DNA of 64,000 nt, taken from Klebsormidium nitens. Lineage: Eukaryota; Plantae; Klebsormidiophyceae. The stretch spans positions 62,001 to 126,000 of the forward strand of contig DF237002.1 in the NCBI GenBank assembly GCA_000708835.1, in the 5' to 3' direction. This document shows, piece by piece, positions 60,834 through 64,000 of this stretch. The position numbers were made by a program, and so were the translations under genes. Below the pieces are notes generated by a model. It had not been told where the DNA came from, searched no databases, and saw only the letters and a list, made by a program, of their open reading frames with translations. How positions within the stretch are numbered: the first letter of the stretch is position 1; every line of letters begins with the position of its first letter.

Positions 60834-62287
60834 GCTATCGTCAGAAAGTCGTTTAGCTTAGCAGAGGAAGGTGCCCAGTGTTGTTGCCTTCGGGCTGTCC
60901 TTGAGATCACCAACATGCTGCCCGATCCTTCCGACTGGTTCTATTTCAGAAGATGTACCATATCGTTTGATAATTTGTTTTGTGCAATTTTCATGCGACC
61001 ATCTTTGCCGGTCCGTCGTGATGTTAAGTCCAAAGATTTGGCAAACTCGCAAAATGAGCAGGAACATGGTTCCATACACGACTTCGCATGTGTATGGAGA
61101 GTGAAAAATTGCGCTGACAATTGTAAGAACACTGGGCTCTCCTACTTCGCACATGCAAACTATGATAGGACTTTGGCGCATACGGGGCGTGCAAAACCGT
61201 CTAGCTGGCCAATCAGCTAGCGGACTCATGAACGGAAGAAGTTCCTTTCTGGCTGAGCCATGCAAGAATCAATGTGCATACAAGCTCCTTTTGTGAAACA
61301 TGCTAACTTATAGTGCCGTTCAACAGCTAAGTCGATCGGGCCTGATGCGCGATGCTGCATTGAATGTGTCGCTATCGACCGTACGGATCGACCTCGATAC
61401 TTTGTTACAGAGGTCCAACCTCTCGCGATATCGGGTCTGGGGACTGTAAGTTCCTTGCCTTCAAGCGAGCCCTGATAGCTTGACTGGCACGCAGGGCGGA
61501 CCCGGTTCCAAAAGTGCACACTACGGTGATATCCAAAAACGAATTGACGTCTATAGACCGCGAGTATTTTGCCCCAATTGACAACTGCAAGTAGCGAGCT
61601 GCCTCTCAGTAACTTCTACTCAGGAAGCTGTCTAGTACCCAGTACGTTATGGATCTCAGAATCGCTACATAGATACACGATTGCGCGCGATTTTTCGGAT
61701 CAGTGTGCCAGCGCCGCGATGTCCCGGCAAGCGTGTCACTGATTTGCGAGGCGGGCCTATGGCGTGTGTTGCTCAATCATGCCTACTTTGGATCTTGACG
61801 TCATTGGAGGAAAATCTGCTCTCCCGGACTCCACGTGCTTTGACACGGCGTGCGATGCAAATCGACCCGGCGGACCAAGCCCAATTTCACTGCTGTGTGT
61901 ACCTCAAATGATCACCAGACGGCGCTCTATGGCTCGTAAGTGCTTGCTGTGTGGTTGCCGACGGAGCCGTTCCAGGCGGTCCAGTTATGAGTTCCAGTCG
62001 CCGCAAGCCCGCAAGATAGGCGATAACCCACAGCACCTGAACGATGAAGCGCTTGATTTTGATTACGATCCGCTTTTCGATATCGTACCTGCTGTTTAGA
62101 ATGAAGAAATGAAGAACAGATTGCAGACTATCTTTGACACCGTCAACCACCGTTGGGCTTGCGCACTTCCAGATGCAGCGGCTTGAATCAGTCTTGTGAC
62201 TCGTTATCTACCCTCTGGATTTGATCTGTCTAACGGGCTGTGCAGAAGACAGCGCAGTGGACAAATTACCGGCTCGTAACCACCGCC

Positions 62288-63949
62288 TCACGGAAAAAGC
62301 GCCTTCTCAAGCTGTCAAACGGGAGATCTCCTCCCAAACACAAGGTCAAAACAGAGAACGACGAGATGCTCGAGTTTCGCTTTAGAACGCACTGACTCAT
62401 ACAAAAACCTTTCTGTAACTCATGTATGAAATGCAGCCCACTCACTCGAATAAACTAAGAAGGCGGCCTAAGAACAAACGCCCACTCCTCACCTGGAAGT
62501 ACGCCGCGCCTCCGACCATGCCTACGAGCATTGCGCCGAAGCGCGCCCCGGGCCCCGCGAGCGCGGCCGCGTACTTTTGCAACAGCCCGAGGATGAGCAG
62601 CACCGCGGTTATGGGCGCCGGCAAGCCCACCCCGTCCGCTAAAACGAAAAAGTCATTCAAGTTGGACCACGGGTTGCCGATGAGCACCGCGACAATGAAC
62701 GGAGGCGCACACGCGCAGACAGCCATGCCGGCGACAGTGAGCAGGAAAAAGGCGACCATCTGCCAGCGCGCGGTGCGGGCGAGTCGCCAGCTCCGAAGGA
62801 GGGAAGCGAAGCCCCAACAGTCGGGGTCTAGGATGGTGGCGGGAAGTGCTAGGAGGGTGTTGGAAGCGACGAAGACGCTGAGTAGAGGCGCGGAGAATGC
62901 GAGTGACGTGTAGAGGATTGCGCTCGGGAGGTTGGCGTTCTTTCCTGCGGCGCAGCAAAAGGGAAAAGACTTCAGGCAGCGGGGAAAGGAAAACCTGACT
63001 GTCCCTGGGAGGGCTGTTAGATCACTCCGACAACCCCAACGAAACTCCAAGAGAAGCAAATGGAAAGCAGGAAACAGATACAGGGTGAAAAGAAGAATCA
63101 GGGGTGGTTCTTGCAGTCCAATCTTACAAGGTCTACAAACACCTCAGTGAGACCGAAGGTTCGGATTGTAGATGTGGTCAAAACTTTGAGGAGCGGAAAG
63201 GTGACACAAGCTTTTCTGATTAAGTGGACATGTAAAAACGGCGCGTCATACTTTCGAGTAAGGTCAGGGAGCATAGCGCCTAGTTGGCTTGGTTGTTTCC
63301 CAGGCTAGTTGACGCTCCAAAAGCAAAGAGAAGTCCCTTTGTCAGCTTCGGACACCGCACGGACACTGCGGCCTCTGAGAAGGAGTGGAAAAATATAAGC
63401 AAGCGGCATCGATCTAAGTAGCTGGTCAGCGCAGATCCACCCACCTTTTTCCACACCTGGAGAACCAGAACCCCACAGCGGCAGACGTTCACAACCGTAT
63501 TGGAGCCCCCCGTATAAGCTCAAGCACACAACCGCTGTGGTCAAGACCTTCAGAAACTTGACCAAACGGGAGCGCCTCCTTGTCGGAGCCACCTCTTGAG
63601 CCTCCAATCTTTTGGTCCGATAGAACGAGACCACTTTACGCGCGGAAATGCCTGCACAAGCCGTCCACACGACGCCCGCTGCCGCCAGCATTGTGACCCG
63701 AGCAACGGGTTGTCCGACGATTAGAGCTATCCAGAGCACCGTCACAATGGATGTGTCCGGGAAGGCTTTCCTGAGGAAGTTGAACACAGAAAGAGGGCTT
63801 GACAAGGCTACGGTTAGGGACACCAAAGCCAGAACTGTGGGGAGTGCGGCCAGCAGGAGCGAACCGGGTTGCGCTTGGAAGATGCGCCACGAAAGGGCGA
63901 TGACGGTAAAGAAGCCGGGCGGGGCCTCTGACGCGTTTGGCGTCATCAT
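62288..63949 (-). CDS. Polytopic membrane protein of unknown function; exons about 63949-63499 and 62942-62493, terminal exon tentative (62311-62288)
   Basis: Multiple hydrophobic helices. The GFASLLRSWRLARTARWQ motif resembles the 'AL.RS..L.kG..W' motif of the GDPD-membrane-domain/DUF975-like superfamily. Phase-1 join YG|KNANLPSAILY; strong gtgagg donor after AAYFQ. Confidence 0.6.
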
Positions 63950-64000
63950 GGCGTCAGTAGTGCGTTTCTGTGAGGAGATCGGGGCTGAGAGCTCTTCAGG

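Noticed and set aside
61764-62150. Small ORFs on both strands between GH17 and the membrane protein gene
   Set aside because: No motif support; may be 3' UTR or an unresolved terminal exon of the membrane protein gene.

Overview
Intron-rich eukaryotic nuclear DNA. The gene set (PSB27-H2, RLCK-VII kinase, GT47, GH17-X8, phytol kinase, algal Aurora-like kinase) and GT-AG introns of about 0.1-1.3 kb suggest an early-diverging streptophyte green alga such as Klebsormidium; this is inference only. Gene models were assembled by hand from splice sites and reading-frame continuity. In order: plastid glutaredoxin-like protein (-), PSB27-H2 (+), an unidentified multi-exon gene (-), an ARM-like/MYND zinc-finger gene (+), a ~5.1 kb tandem duplication carrying a GT92/GT2-like glycosyltransferase (copy 1 frameshifted, copy 2 intact) plus a dead 3' MYND remnant, a GT47 exostosin (+), an intronless F-box gene (+), an Aurora/CALK-like kinase (-), a PBS1/PBL-type receptor-like cytoplasmic kinase (-), a phytol/farnesol kinase (+), DPH2 (-), a GH17-X8-GPI protein (+) and a polytopic membrane protein (-). 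Three things stand out. (1) The GH17 protein has an intact reading frame but has lost all canonical catalytic glutamates and gained N-terminal glycosylatable repeats, so it looks like a callose-binding pseudoenzyme. (2) Short tandem duplications spanning splice junctions recur in at least four genes, including a six-unit array of 3' splice sites inside the RLCK gene. (3) The tandem duplicate shows reciprocal gene loss. Several MITE/CACTA-like remnants are also visible. No rRNA, tRNA or CRISPR features were recognised.
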